This document shows positions 13,863-28,799 of a stretch of 64,000 nucleotides of DNA, in pieces. Each line of letters opens with the position of its first letter. Position 1 is the stretch's first letter. This DNA comes from Eledone cirrhosa. Lineage: Eukaryota. The stretch lies in the NCBI GenBank assembly GCA_964016885.1, contig OZ024740.1, positions 225,370,001-225,434,000 of the forward strand, written 5' to 3'. The position numbers and the translations under genes are program-made. The notes beneath the pieces are model-generated. The model had not been told where the DNA came from and made no database searches. It saw nothing but the letters and a program-made list of their open reading frames with translations.

Positions 13863-16575
13863 ATATATATAAATGCAGTTGGTTATCTAACAATATTTTA
13901 TCCTGTCACTAAGTAATTTCTAAATATTGAAATGATTTGGCTTCATGCCATAATTTTATCAAGCCATCTAATGACTTAAGAGAGAGAGTGTGTGTGTATG
14001 TCTTTGTGTGTGAGAGAAAGAAAAGGAGAGAGGGAGAGATAGAAAGGAGAGTGAGATAGAGGGGGAGCAAGGAGAGAGAGATAGAAAGGAGAAGAAAATG
14101 TATCCAAAAAAAGAAAAGAATGGTGTTATAGAAATAATAAAGCTCCAAGATGCATCGTTCGTTTGACCATTTGGTCATTGACACCATTCGGAGGAATTCC
14201 CAGCTGTCAGTTCTGGGTATACTGATGGATCTGAATATAACATACGACTTAATCAAGCTGAAAATATCTGCAAACAAATTGCATTTCGTCCCTCCATTTG
14301 TCTTCACTCTCTTACGTAATAACAGAACCCATGTATGTGTGTGTGTCTGTGTGTGTGTGTAAAAAGAAAATGGAAGCTACAAAGCAAACAACACAGTACG
14401 ATAAAGAAATATAGTAGCGTTTTATCAGAAGATAAAATGAGAAATATATATATGCGTCTGTATCTGTGTATGTGTATATATGTAAAATTAAGGAAGGCTG
14501 CTTCTTGAAGAAACATAATTCAATGCATGTTAACTTTGCCTTTCATCCTTATTGGGTCGATAAAATAAAGTACCAGTAATGCACTGGATAATTGCTGGTC
14601 TTCTTCTTCTTCTTCTTCTTCTTCTTCTTCTTCTCCCTTATGTTTGAGAATGTTGTGGGGGGCAGAGTACTCAAACACTCCTTCCAGCATGTCCAGTCAG
14701 AATTAAACATCTACAAATGATCTGGTTAGATCCCCAAGTGAGACCAGATGACCTCATGGATGTTATCCAACCATCTTGCTCTGGAGCTATCTTCCCCCCT
14801 GAAAAACATCAACAACACAGATGTAACACATTTTTTCATCTTCCGTCTTATTTACCATGTGGCAATGTTTTGAAAATAAATTCACCCCATTTTATTTTGC
14901 TCAGTAATTTGAAATTAAATTTTTACCATAATATAGCAACCCACAAAGTGGAAATTATAAAATTCTGTTTTTAGCATTACGATTTTAAGTTTAAATCACA
15001 ATAATAGCACCAACAAAATTCATTTCAATTATGAAAAAGTAATGATGTAGTGATACTAGTGTTAGGCACAAATGCTGTCAATGTGAACACATCACTCATT
15101 GAGCTTCTTAGAGATTGTTAAATCTAAACCTGTAAAAAGTAAGCAAATATATATTTTAACAAAGAAAATAGTCCTACTACAATTTTCCTTCTCAACTTTA
15201 GAATGATTTTAATTATATCATGATCATTATCACCATCACACTTTAATGTTCAATTGTTTTTTATAATTAAAAAAAATATGAATTGGCATATTTATTCCCT
15301 GAGTTTATGAAGTTTTCTAACTGAGGATAAACTTACCCCAGATTGAGAACTCCTCCATATCATGTATTAGCAGCTTGGACTATTGCTTAACGTTTAACAT
15401 CTATTTTTCCACGCTAGCCTGGGTTAGATGAGTTGTTCCATTGTGAGATAAGCCACTTCAGATGACCATATCATGTTCATAGAGAACCATTTCTGGCTTG
15501 ATTTCTACAACTAGTTGCCCTTCCTAATGCCAATCACATTTACTGTGTGGACTGAGTGTTTTTGGTTGTGACACCTACATGACTACTTTACTGTGTGGAT
15601 TCATGCTAAATCTTTACATCAACAGGATTGCCTGCTATATATCTTACAGTAGCAATAACAGCATTGGAATTCTACAACCTATAACTCATCAGCTAAATAA
15701 TATTAATACCAGTTTTCTTAATGAAAAATTAACAATTTTAGTCAGCATATTAAATTAGTCAGTGAATTAAGGCAGCATATTAAAATCTTTAATCAGCATA
15801 CAGAATAATTCAACTCCTATCCATTAGATGCTTGGCACCTGTAGCTCTTCTCTAATGATTAGCTTTAAAATATTTTTTATTGCTTTTTCACAATTGATCA
15901 GGCAAAAATGCTTAGAGATTTGTCAATGTCCCTGAACAAATGGTGGCTTCGAACCAGCTTCCACATATAAAATGACTTTTTATTCTTTAAAAAGAAAATT
16001 TCTTTTATATTTTTAGACATTTTTATTTTATGATTTTAGGATGTTTAATATTTTATCAAAGCCATCAGTTTCAGGCAAAAAACATTGAGGAAGAACTTTC
16101 TAGTTTGTTTACAGAATAATCAATTGTTAGATTTGTTAGAAACGTTCATTTGAAAAATAAATTAGGTAAAAATCAACAACACAATATCCATTGATTAAAA
16201 TTGCAAAACTTAAACAAAATATATTCTCAACAGAATCCTAGGAACTTATGGTTTTTAATTTAGGCATGAGGCCAGCAACTTGGATAGAGGTTTCAATCAA
16301 ATTGACTCTAGTATTTGACTGGTACTTTATTATATTAACCCCAGAAGAATGAAAGGCAAAGTTGACCTCAGCCGGATTTGAACTTAGAAAGCATTGCATA
16401 TGATGTTCTAATGGTTCTGCCAATGCTCCACCCATCACTGGCACTTATATGCCATTGCATGTTTAAAATTATTTAGTCTTCTTCTACTTGTCGTATGGCA
16501 TGTGCACAATGGTTAAAGAGACAGATTGAGTTTGGTGAGCCAGACTAAGGTATCATTTGTAGTATTATAGATTAC

Positions 16576-16745
16576 TTACAGGCCACCGGGTAAACATCTG
16601 AAGGGGCAATCCTGAACAACATGCAGCACTGTCTGGTCAGGCTCCCTATAGTCACATGCTGGGCTGTCTTTCATTTTCCACTTGTGTAGATGATGGGCTG
16701 TCCTGGCATGTGTGGTGCAAATCCGAATAAGGGTCATCCATTGCA
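16576..16745 (-). mobile_element. Non-LTR retrotransposon C-terminal fragment (RTEX/I-like zinc-knuckle region)
   Basis: My translation of the minus strand: WMTLIRICTTHARTAHHLHKWKMKDSPACDYREPDQTVLHVVQDCPFRCLPGGL*, similar to the W..LNR.RT.H......HKW....SP.C.C....QT..H....CP motif. Confidence 0.7.
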
Positions 16746-18431
16746 CACCTTGTACATTTACACAGTTACTTCATCGAGAAAAATATATTCTTACATTTGT
16801 AGAACTATTGAATCTGTTGTTGAGGAAATTTACTGACGAATTGCATTAAAACATAGGATTAAATAATCATTTGTGCTCTCTGTTCAAAACTTACTAAGTC
16901 TGACTTTTCTTTTCATTCGTTTGGCATTGATGAAATAAGTAATAGTCCTGGGCATTGGGCCTAGTGGAATATTTGCCTGCTGTGTTCAAATCCTACTTTG
17001 GCTTATTTGGGTGGCAGCCTTAATCCAATGTCCAAATCAATGCCATTACCTGGCTCTTAGGTGTCTTCAACAGAGTTCCCTCTATCAGAAACATTTAGGT
17101 CAGGTTTCAGTTTGAGGACACCTTCCTCCATTCTTCCCTCTAGTCTCCAATGCACTGACATTCTTTCTTGACTAAACAGTAAATTAAAGTAAAACAGTTG
17201 TTCCTACCAAATTTCCTTACCATTGTGCATTGATATCATCATTTTTTTCCATTAATATATCCAAACACCAGACAGTTTGGTCTCACTTATTTGCTTGATT
17301 AAATGCTTGCATGTTCAATCTAGTATCTCTAAATCTCCTAAAAATAGGAAGTTCAAATTTCTAGCAATGATTAACTAAGTGAAACAAAAGCTAAATTTGT
17401 TTCTTTTGTTTATCAAACATTATTTTTTCATAATTTGCTTTATGCTAATACACCAGTCATAGTGATAAAAGAGCTATGAGTTATACGAAAATGTAAATCA
17501 GTTTCACAGAAAAGGAAATATATAATAAATAGGTTCATAACACTTAACAACATAATTTATTTTCTATATTAGTGGATATAATAAGTAATTGGGAAAAATA
17601 GTTTGAAATAATAGTGTCATAGCTAAAGACATATTTTCCTCTGTTTTTATTTGTAACCTTTTATTCCAATTAAAAGTAAGAATGATTATATACTCTACTA
17701 TAGACATGGACTGACCAATGCCTTGGGAGTTAATTTTATAGACAGAAGGTGTACAAATTCTGTTATATATACATGTGTATATATAGTTTTGTAATGCATT
17801 TCTTCTTATGGTTCAGTATATATCATCATTATCATCGTTTTTACATCAAATTTTCTAATCTGGCATGGGTTGGTCAGAATGATTTCAAACACTGACTTAC
17901 ACTACAGTTACATGTTCTTCAGACTGCTAAGCCTTTTAGTCACCTCTTACCGGGATACATACAACATATATACTTTTAAGCCTTTCAATACTAGTTTTTT
18001 CTTCCATACATGGACGTTTGCCTCTAAATTTCCCACAGATTTATCTATAAGAATTAGATTGTTAGTATAAAAGAATTCCCATGGAGTTCCAGTCTTAAAC
18101 TTCTCAATTTTAACCTGAAGAACATTATTTTCCATGCTTGCATGGGCTAGATGGGTTGCTACATTCTGAGACTTGGCAGGTCTGATGGTTGTGTCTTGCT
18201 CATATATTCCATTCTGGCAAGGTATCTACAACTGGATGCCCTTTTTAATTGGTGCTAACATCAGGGTGGGGCCCTTACAGAAAACAATACTTCTTAGAAC
18301 TGCCAGGATATTCAGGATGGTGCTTGATAATTGAAGGTGTCATCTCAGTCCACTGGTTGTGGACATCTGGCACCAGAATTACATCACCAGCAACAAATGC
18401 TGTGTAATAAGCAGAACAATAATAATAATTA

Positions 18432-18642
18432 TTATTATTTTTACTTTAGGCACAATGCTAACAATTGTGGGGGAGGGTAAAGTTGATCTAATTGACCCCA
18501 GTGTGTCTTCTTTATCAACCCCGTAGGGATGAAAAGCAAAGCTAACCTTGGCGGGATTTGAACTTAGAATGTAAAGGGTTGTAACTCTTTGCGGCAAAGC
18601 ATGGTGTCCGATGCCCTACCAATACTGCCAATCCATCGCCTT
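18432..18642 (-). mobile_element. tRNA-derived SINE family A
   Basis: Reverse complement of head, B-box and central box. Confidence 0.8.
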
Positions 18643-18687
18643 ATATAATGATAATAATATTGGACCACAAATGTAATAATAATAATA

Positions 18688-21600
18688 TTGAAGCATGAAC
18701 TGCACTGGTGCATGGGCTAGACCCATACTAGGGACAGTGGCTATGGGAGAGTACTCAGAGAGAAAACTAATCACTTAACAACATGATTGTACAAACAAGA
18801 AGTAAATCATACTATATCGGTTATCATGCAGATTACCAAGGAATGTGTCCCTCAGTGAGGAACCACACCAAGGTTGAAAAATCAGCAAATGAAACAACCT
18901 TCTCCCATACACCCCCAGTCACCCTCATACAGCGGACAGACCTCACAATGAGCCACAACATGACAACATCAAGGTATATGTTAAAAAGCGATGACAAACA
19001 TGGACCAGAGAGGAATACAAATCAGTGATGGCTGCATACTATATTGCCATCCTGTTTTCAAGAGATAACTCATCAACTCAAGAAACCTACAGTATCTGGA
19101 AGAATTCCAACCCTAACTCCAGAGAATACATGGACATGAATAAGTTAGTTAATGTGAGAAGAGACATTATGAGGAGCAAAAGTCTTATTGAATCAGAACT
19201 AGAAACCATCAAAGCAGAAATAAGTTAGTGACATAACCATCCCAGTCAAGAAAGAGACCTGCATACAACAGAAGCAGCAGATGGTGAGAGTATCTAAAAA
19301 AAAGTCTAAACTCTGTCTTAAGCCAGAAGGCTCATTTGGCCGGTGCTTATCCCGGTTTCATGGCGTGAAGCGACTGAGAGTACAAGACTCCCCGCTGGAC
19401 AGGACGCCAGTCCATCGCAGGGTTAAACCTGCAGCTATTGCTGGTACTCATTTTCAGCTGAGTAAACTGGAGCAACGTGAAATAAAGTGTCTTGCTCAAG
19501 GAAACAACACATCACCCGGTCCGAGAATTGAACTCACAACCTTTCGATTGCAAGCCTAATGCTCTAACCACTAAGCCATGCACCTTCACGGTGAGAGTAT
19601 TGCTGAACATAAACACAAATGGAAAAACAAATGGAAGAGACAGCTGGAGAACAAAATTACAGAGTTGAGGAGGGATGTCTCTCTCGTATCTGAAATAGAT
19701 AAGGGAACTGACATCAACTCCAAAAGGCTTTCTAGGTTGAGGAAGAAATACAAACCCAATCGGGAAGCTGGCTGGAAAGAAATTGCCGAAAACATCAAGC
19801 AAAAGATACAGGCAAAGGCGCAGAGATTATGATGATGTAAAAAAAAAAGAGCTAACTTCTTTAAACAGAACAAAATCTTTGCCAAAGATGCTAAAAGATT
19901 TTACAGAGTAAGGCAGGAAAAATATTGAAATAAGGCAACTAGCTGGGCTTGATGAGATTGAACACTTCTAGGCAAATATCTGGGAAAAATCTAAAGACCA
20001 CAAATCCAATGACCCATGGTGGGAACAATTGGAAATCCCTGCTTGCATCATGGAATGGAATGAGATCACCTCACAAGAAGTAAAAACAGCAGTCAACAAT
20101 GCTGGAAACTGCCAATCACTGGGGAAAGAAGGCTTGCAGAATGTCTAGTTAAAACATCTGGATGTGCTCCACGAAGCCTTGGCTACTGATTTCTCTCAGA
20201 TTGTAGCAAACCCAAGAGAGGTCCAAAACTGGATGACAACTGGTGTAACATAGCTTCTACCGAAGAATGAAAGCACAACAAATCCAAAAAACTACAGACT
20301 GATTACATGTCTCACAACAATGTACAAAGCCCTCACATCAGTAATTACCAATGGGTTCTACAATTACCTCGTCTGTGGAGATCTATTGCCACCTGAACAA
20401 AAAGCCTGAGAGTTATGGATGCAAAGATCAGTTACTGATAAATTGACTCATAATGAAAAACAGAAAAAGAAAAACCTGTCAATGGCTTGGTTAGACTACA
20501 AGAAGGCATTTGTCAGAGTACCTCATTTGTGGATCATAAAGACACTAGAAATGTATAACATAGCACCAGATACCACAACTTTCTTGAAGTTAATGATAAC
20601 AAATTGGAAAACTACAATGGCCCTTCAACACCACAACAGACCATTGGAATCTAGGCAGATGAAAATCAATCATGGAATATTCCAATGTCCCCTTTGCTGT
20701 TCTGCGTATCACTTGTTTTGTTAAGTCAGTTACTGCAGATGACAGGCTATGGATATGATGTAGACAACACACACTACAGTCACCTTCTTTATATGGATGA
20801 TATGAAGATATTTGGAAACAATGATGGGCAGCTGGAAGATATACTGCACACAGTGAAACAAATCAGTGATGACATCCATATTTAAATTTGGACTGGACAA
20901 GAGTGCAAAAGCCACATTCAAGAGAGGATTGCTTTCTAACCATAAAAATATTGTGATAGACCAACAATCTACCATAAAAGGACTTAACAATGAAGCATTC
21001 TACAAATATCTTGGAGTTAATGAAGGAGATGGAATCCAGCATGCAAGTATGAAGGAAAAGTTATGGAAGAAATACATAAGGAAGGTGAGACTGGTAACAA
21101 AAGGTGACCTAAACTCCTGCAACAAGTTCAAAGCCATTAACAGTGGTAATATACAGCTTTAACCTCATAAACTGGAACCTGGAATAACTACAAAGGATGG
21201 ACACTCAGACCAGAAAACTACTGAAAACTGAAAAAATGCACCTTAAAGCTGATGTACATAGGCTGTATATCTCAAGGAGAGAAGGTGGATGAGGGCTCCT
21301 ACAAATGGAAGCTGCATACAAAACAGCAGCCATTGGGTTGGATATCAACCTCCACCACACCTGAGATGAACTTCTCAAGCCTGTACTCAAGCATGGAGGG
21401 ATTAAAAAACTATACTCAATAACAAAAGAGGTGAGCAAATTTATGCAAAAACTGAACATGGAACAAGATATACCCATTGGAAATCAATAACAAAGTGCTG
21501 CACAGCTAGCTATGACTGTGAAGATCAAAGCCAAGAAACTCTAAACAGAGGAACTAAACCATACATTGAAAGAAAAGCCCCTACATGGTAGATTTCCAGA

Positions 21601-22052
21601 ATGCTTTCTGACAAAGATATCGATCAGCATGGCTCTGACAAATGGTATGAACAGCAACCAAAAACAATCATGGAAAATGGCAACATATCCATCTTGTGGG
21701 ATATGGCTGCCAACAGACCAGATATTACCATGAAAAAATAAAACAGATCAGACATCTATAAAAACAATGGAAAAATTGTCAAAGTACAAAGACCTGGAAA
21801 GAGATTAACCGCATGTGGAGGGTGACAACAAACACGATCCCTGTGGTAATAGGAGCATTAGAATTAATACCGAAATCATTAGCCCTGCATTTTAGCATCT
21901 TTCCTCACAAGATCAGCAAATATGAGTTACAGAAGATCAGGCTACTAGGGACATCATACATTCTCAGATGAGTTCTCTCTCCCAATGAAAACCTCTATTG
22001 CCCAACATTCAAATCTTAACCCAGCAATAGTTAAACAGAACATATCTAAATG
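18688..22052 (+). pseudogene. Decayed R4/Dong-like non-LTR retrotransposon (RT plus restriction-like endonuclease)
   Basis: RT motifs NYRLITCL, AWLDYKKAF, SPLLF, SHLLYMDDMKIF, FGLDK, YKYLG. C-terminal ILWD..NRPDI, KYKDL, IPVVIGAL, LLGTSYILR. Many stops and frameshifts. Both ends abut (TAA)n, the known Dong-type target. Confidence 0.88.
19294..19589 (-). mobile_element. Full-length CORE-type SINE nested in the R4-like LINE, 11-bp TSD
   Basis: TSD GGTGAGAGTAT at 19283-19293 and 19590-19600; tRNA head and CORE-like CTTGAGCAAGACACTTTATTTCACGTTGCTCCAG. Confidence 0.9.
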
Positions 22053-24229
22053 AAATAATAATAATGTATGTTAATGAAAATTAACTAGCAAAATTATAAG
22101 TGCCCAATTCACATTTAATTAAAGGGTTCTATTTACTTTCACATTTATGTTGAACAAAGATTTAACTCAATATAATCAAGCATAACAATGCATTTTTTAC
22201 AATTCATTAATTTGCTTTTCTCAGTATACCTTTCATAGAAACAAATACCAATTACAATTTCCTGATTACATAACACGATTGACAAATTTTTATGAATGCA
22301 AAATTTAAATACTATTGAATAATTCTTGTTCCTAGTAATATAAATCATTTAGATTTAGGGCTTGATTGTAGTTATCTCACTTCATTTACTCACCAATGGT
22401 TTGCCCCTGAGGAAGATATAATTGCCATGCTGTTTAAATTCCCTTCTGCTATAAATATTTGAAGTTTTGTCTAGGTAACAAATCAGCATTAGGTTGATAA
22501 ATATACTTTATCATTGTCTCTTGCATCTTCGTTCATAATTAGACCTATTCATTATATATCGGAAATATATTTGTCCTAATATTTTTGATTTTATTTCATT
22601 TATTTTCTGTTTTTATTTTACTTTATTTTATTTTTGTTGTTCCTTAAGGAGGGTCAACAGCTGGAATTGATAATTAAATTAATCTAATTCAGACAGATTA
22701 CCAATTAAAGCCCTGCCTATACACAGAATACTAGCAGCATGCTTAAGGGTTTTATACTACAACCCCTTCCCACTTCGTTCACAATCAGTATAAGTGTAAA
22801 TATTTCTTCAGTAAAATCCTATTCCTGTTACGAGAAATTCAGATTTAGATTTATAATCTGTGAGATGTCTCTTTGCATGACCTAATGTGAATATCAGCAC
22901 TTTAGTTGGAATAATTTCTGCATGCATACCTACACACCAATGAATTGATTCAGCATCTTAAATCCCTTGGCACTTGCATGAAACAAACTTATGAATCCTA
23001 GATCATGCCACCACTGTCACATTCTTAATACTTGGCATTAAGTTTAGTTAGATTTCTCAGCAAGTTTTCACTTTGAGAGTTATTTGATTTTAGTAGAAGC
23101 AAATAAAATTAAGACATTCAATGCTGTAATCTCAGTTGGTGTTGATAACATAATAACATCTAGTTATAAATTAGCATGTTATTCAAGGTAATATATTTCC
23201 GGTTCAGTTTTATTTATTTATTTATTTATATATATATACTATAGGATCTAATGCTGCCCAAGCTTAATCCATTTCAATAGCAAAAGTTGAATAATGGTTT
23301 TGCTGGTCATAACACAATAGAATAATGTCTATTTTATTATAGTGAGATATATGTGTGTGCACGCATATATGCATGCATGCGCATGTGCGTGTGTCTGTGT
23401 GTGGATTTATAGACACAAGGAGAATGTACTCAATATCTAAGTAGTGTATAATATTTATTTAATATATTACCAATATTACTCCTTGTACAGAGAGTTTGGC
23501 AAAAGTTCATTGATCACAAAACTCAGTCACTACAGAGATTAATCTCAGTAATATCATACCATTTTATGTCTATTTTGTATGTTTGCATGGGTTAGCTGTC
23601 ATGTTCTGAGAAGAGACAGTATAAAAAACTTTGTCTTGTTCATACAATCAATTCAAGCATTCTTTCTACAGTTGGGTGCCCTTCCTAATGCCAACCACTT
23701 CACAGTATGTACCTGGTGCAGTTTATTGTACTACTTCTGCTATCACATGACAAAGTGGATGGAATGCTTTTTATTCTGAGACCTGCACTACCACCTCACT
23801 GAATGAGCTGGGGTCATTTTATCATGGCACCAGCACTACATTTTACAGTATGGTTTGAGTGGATTTTTTGTGTCACCACTTTTCAACCCTATTGCAGCTG
23901 TGCCTAGGCCAAACTCAAAGACTGTCATAGATGAAGAGAGCAGGGAATAGGCTACATGCTGTTTACCATCGGAGGGGATGAAACAGAGTGGTGGGTTGTA
24001 AGATGGAGGACTTAGTGAAGGATGGAGGTTTAATAGGGAGCAGAGGAAGAGGTGTCTAAATGTCATTTCACCTCTATATATGAAAATAATTCAATAATTA
24101 TGAATGTATCCCTTTCTAAATAACCCTGTTTAAGTAATTAGATTGCAAAGATAACCTTATAGAGTTAATAGTTACAACTCGATATCCTGCCTTATTAAAG
24201 CTGTTATTTGTTAATATCTATATTTTGCC

Positions 24230-24548
24230 AGGCTTAGTGGTTAGAGTGCCGGGTTTACAATCGTGAGGTTGTGAGTTCTATTCTCAGACTAGGCTTTTCC
24301 TTGTGTTCTTGAGCAAGACACTTTATGTCACGTTGCTCTAGTTTACTGCTGTAGAAATGAGTTGTAATGCCACTGGTGCTAAGCTGTATCAGCCTTTGCC
24401 TTTCCCTTGGACAACATCGGTGGAATAGAGAGGGGAGGCTGGTATGCATGGGCGATTATTGGTCTTCCAGAAACATCTTTGCCTAGACGTGTGCTTCAAA
24501 GGGGAACTTTCTAGGTGCAAATCCGTGGGCATTAGTGACTTTACCTTT
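24230..24548 (+). mobile_element. CORE-type SINE with a third tail type
   Basis: GGCTTAGTGGTTAGAG...GAGTTCTATTC...TGTGTTCTTGAGCAAGACACTTTA; tail ends CTTTACCTTTA. Confidence 0.8.
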
Positions 24549-25768
24549 ATATTTTGCTAGAAATCCTTAGATTTATTAAGGTTACTCTTGACCTTTTGCA
24601 TATGGGCACACACCTCCATCACTAGTCGCCCCAGGTTGCAGACAGTATAACAACAATTTTGAGACCAATAAATAAATAAATATAAAATGAACAACAATTC
24701 CTGTGTGGTTTTTAAATAACTAAAATGACTCTTCAATGAGGTAGTTACTTTAGTTTTAAAACACTGTCTCATATGAAGTCACTTATCAGATCAATACAAC
24801 TACACAAAATAAAATATATTCTTATTAAATTTTAATATGACACCTTATCATGTGGAACCCAAGAAATTTTTTTTGCTGCAGAACTGTGAAGTTCCTCGAA
24901 ACCTAGTTTGGGAAACAACCATATGTCGTAGAATAATCAAAGCATGCAAGTAGCAGCAATAAACAATGCCAAACTGTCGGATATCAAAATAAAATATCAA
25001 AGATGACAATATAATATTTCTATTGAAGGACCATATGGCCTTTGTTTCATATCATTTTATCAATATCATCTTGAATTTGGTAGGATCAAGTATCTCTGTA
25101 TCATTTTCTTTGATTCAAACTTCCTATTTTTCTTTCATTTCTTCCTTCCTTTCTTTCTTTCTATCTTTCTTCCTTTCTTTCCTTCTTTCTTCTTTCTTCC
25201 TTTCTTTCTTTTTCTTTCTTTCTTACATCTTTCCTTCTTTTTACTTCCTTCCTTTCTTTCCTTATTTCCTTCATTCTTCCTTCCTTTGTTACCTTCTTTC
25301 TTATTTCTCACCTTTCTTTCTCTTTTTTGACTATCTCTGTCTTTCTCTCTTGCTTTAAATGTCTCTTGTTTTTACACTTCCTTGATCTCATTAGTGAATA
25401 GGAAGTGTTAGTAGAAGTTGATCGAGTTCCTTAAAGATTAGAAAGAAGATTTTGCAGAAGACTCAGACAAACATAATGGTTATTAATGGCTAAATCTTCA
25501 TGCACCACATACTATTGCTACACTATATCTTGGTAGCAATCAAAACCTTTAAATAACTATGTTATAAGACAAAAATCAAAGAGGTAATGGAATAATATAT
25601 TAAAACACAGCAAATAATTACTAAGTATGAGACTGTTTGATACAAGGTTATATATAGAAAGTAATAGAAATAAATCATTATTCTCACATTTAATGTTTAT
25701 CAGTATAAAATTTTATATAAAAATTAACAGACTAAAACAACTTTTGAAGTGCACTTGCATACATACAT

Positions 25769-25843
<75 letters not shown>

Positions 25844-26175
25844 TATATAGATATATACACACACACACACACACACATATAAAGAGCGACATAGATAGAT
25901 TTATATTTACATATATCATCATCCTCATCGTTTTAACCTCTGCTTTCCCTGCTAGCAAGGATATATATATATATATATATATATATATGGGTGGGGCAGT
26001 GTCTACAAAGTTTTAATAAAATAGTCAAAATACACAGTGTTAATCTGATTGCAAGATCTGTGACAATGGGTAGGGGTAGTTTGGATATACCTTCATCTAA
26101 TCTAAAATTTCCATGCATATATAAAATGAAAAGAAAAGAAAGTAAAAGAGCATAGGAAACTTATTTCTTTGAAAG

Positions 26176-26394
26176 CGATATCTATCTAAGGAGACTGGTT
26201 ACAATGTGATTGCTGTGCACAAGCCAGACATTAAACCACGCAGAAAAATCTGGCTTCAACAAAGCAGAAATATGTTGAGCCATTTGGACAGCTGCTTGAT
26301 TGAAGAGGAAGAGATATCCCGTAAGCATCTAGGAGGTCTAGATCTGGAAGCTGTGATATATGACCAAGATAACATGAATGAAGCAGATCTGTAA
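26176..26394 (+). CDS. Candidate terminal coding exon of an unidentified gene
   Basis: Non-repetitive 73-codon frame RYLSKETGYNVIAVHKPDIKPRRKIWLQQSRNMLSHLDSCLIEEEEISRKHLGGLDLEAVIYDQDNMNEADL* directly after TTATTTCTTTGAAAG, a possible acceptor. No homology recognised. Confidence 0.3.
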   Translation, partial: RYLSKETGYNVIAVHKPDIKPRRKIWLQQSRNMLSHLDSCLIEEEEISRKHLGGLDLEAVIYDQDNMNEADL

Positions 26395-27240
26395 AAGATT
26401 GCAGTTAGATGGATGGAATTCTTCTAAACTTTTAGTTTTAGGTGGGCTAGTAAAACAAAACCAAAACCAAACAACAACAAAAAATAACAAAACAAAAAAA
26501 GAAACAAATATGTAAATGCACAGACAATATGTCTATAGGAGATATTTTATCAATATATTTGAAAAGTTTTATAAAAACCTAGTTTGACACAAATATCAAA
26601 CTATACTGTTTCAAAGCATATAGCTTAGTAATGTGCATTCAGTATACAGAGGATATTTCTTATTCTAGCACACTATTGCACATTATTATAAATAAACAAA
26701 TGTATATATATTTTATCAGAAATAAAAGCTCTATGCTGATTTACATATCTTTTTTAATAAGATAAATACAATAGAGATAAATTTATGTATGCATGCATAC
26801 ACTAACTTTAAATCAAACCGCTTATATACATACATGCAATTATATGTATGTATATATCCAGGCTTGGCTGTGCAAACAGGAGAAAGAAAACTCAATACAT
26901 GGGTAAAATGAAGTATATTTTATTAGAGCAGCGAAGTGATACCAGAGACCAGATGTTTCATGCTTAAGTACACATACACACACAAACACATGCATTTGCC
27001 TATACACACACACGAACACACACAACTATATATATAATCATATATAAATGCCTACAAATATGTGCTTATACACAATTGCATGTATAAATGTTTATATACA
27101 TAAACACAAATACATGCTCACACACAATGGACACACACACACACACACATGAGCATGCACACACGTACACACATACACACAGACTTATATCTATGCATAC
27201 ATAAATGTCTCTACAAATATGTGCTTATATGTAATTGCAA

Positions 27241-27293
<53 letters not shown>

Positions 27294-27495
27294 ACACATA
27301 CACAAACACACACATGGCAACATGTACTCATACATACATATTTTCATTACTTAAAGTTTGTAAAGTGAAAAGGAAGAGACTACTTAATACATCGTGTAGA
27401 GTATATTGTTTATTTAACCAGGAATTTTTATACTGCCACTCAAGTTTCACACCATTGTGATCTTATGTGTTAATGTGGAGTGGTAATATATATAT

Positions 27496-28799
27496 ATTCT
27501 TGCACTTAAATCAGCTTCCTGCCTTCCATCACTCAAGAACATGACCCCCAAGATATTTGAACTTCTCTACCTGCTTCAGTTGAAATCCTTTCACATATAC
27601 TGTGCATTGTGTAGGCTTCTTTGAGAGCATGAGTGTCTCAGGTTTTGCAGCACTGATTTTCATTCCAGCCACGCAGCACTTGGCCTCAAACCTCTTAAGT
27701 GCAAGTCTGAGATCTCCTTCTATCGAGATGAGTAACTCCATGTCGTCTGCAAATTCCGGCTGACTGATTTTACTCTCGCTAGTTATGATACCACTTCCAA
27801 CCTGGTTGCACATGTCAATCCTGTTCATGTGAATAATGAGCAGGAGAGGTGAAAATACACAACCTTGGCGGAGTCTGACTCCTCCATTGAATGGTTTCAA
27901 TTTAGCATCATTTATCCATATACAAGTACTCAGGTATTCATATGAGGGCAGCAAGAAGATAGCCATCAATCCTATACTCCTGCAAAACCTTCCACAGCAT
28001 GTCTCAAAGATCAAGGTCAACAAGACAAGATTATATTTCTTGGCAATACTCCTATGATTTCTCGAAGTCTTGCTGCAATGTAAATATTTGGTCAGCTGTG
28101 CTGCATGCAGGGTGAAAACCGCACTGTGGATCAGCTAGCTTGGACTCAACAATTCCCTTGCATCTCTTTGTCAGTCACTTAGCATAGACTTTACTGGGGA
28201 GGCTTAACAAAGAGATCTCTCTTAAATTTGAACAATCTTTTTTGTCTTCCATTTTGAAAATTGGGTTTATCACTATTGATTGCTATGCTTAAATGCTTTT
28301 CCATAGATCCAGGACATTCGGCACACACGTGTCAGCCATAGAATACCATCTCTATTTAAAGCTTTTAACATCTCAGGCCGAATTTCATCTACTCCAGTGG
28401 CCTTGCAATGTTTCAGCACTTTAATTGTTTTTATGACCTCAGCCTCTGAGAGATTAGTCACTACTCCCAGATGCACCTCATGTACATCCAAAGATGCTGT
28501 TGTAATCAGGTTTAGGAGATCACCAAAGTATTCTCTCCAACTCGCAATGATGCACCTCTCAGAAGAGAGGAGAACCTACATGTGTTCTTAATAGCAGGTA
28601 TGAAGGAAGGCTTCTTATTACGAAGTCAGTGGGTGGTCTGCCAGAACACTTTATTTGCTGATCCGAAGTCGGATTCCAACTTTAACCCGAACGTCCTCCC
28701 ATATCTTAACTTTGGACGCCTTTACTGTCTCTGTTGCAATTCTTCAGGCCTGCTTGTACCAGAAGTGCAAGAAGGAGGACTTATTTCCAACCCAAGCTT
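27496..28799 (-). mobile_element. RTE LINE, inverted 5' segment (RT domain)
   Basis: KATGVDEIRPEMLKAL, GVRLRQGCVFSPLL, FADD, KISAAKPE, VEKFKYLG. Confidence 0.9.

Noticed and set aside
13909-14362. Overlapping ORFs on both strands in a CpG-retaining unique patch
   Set aside because: No recognisable domain or convincing splice pair; the ORFs extend into simple repeats.
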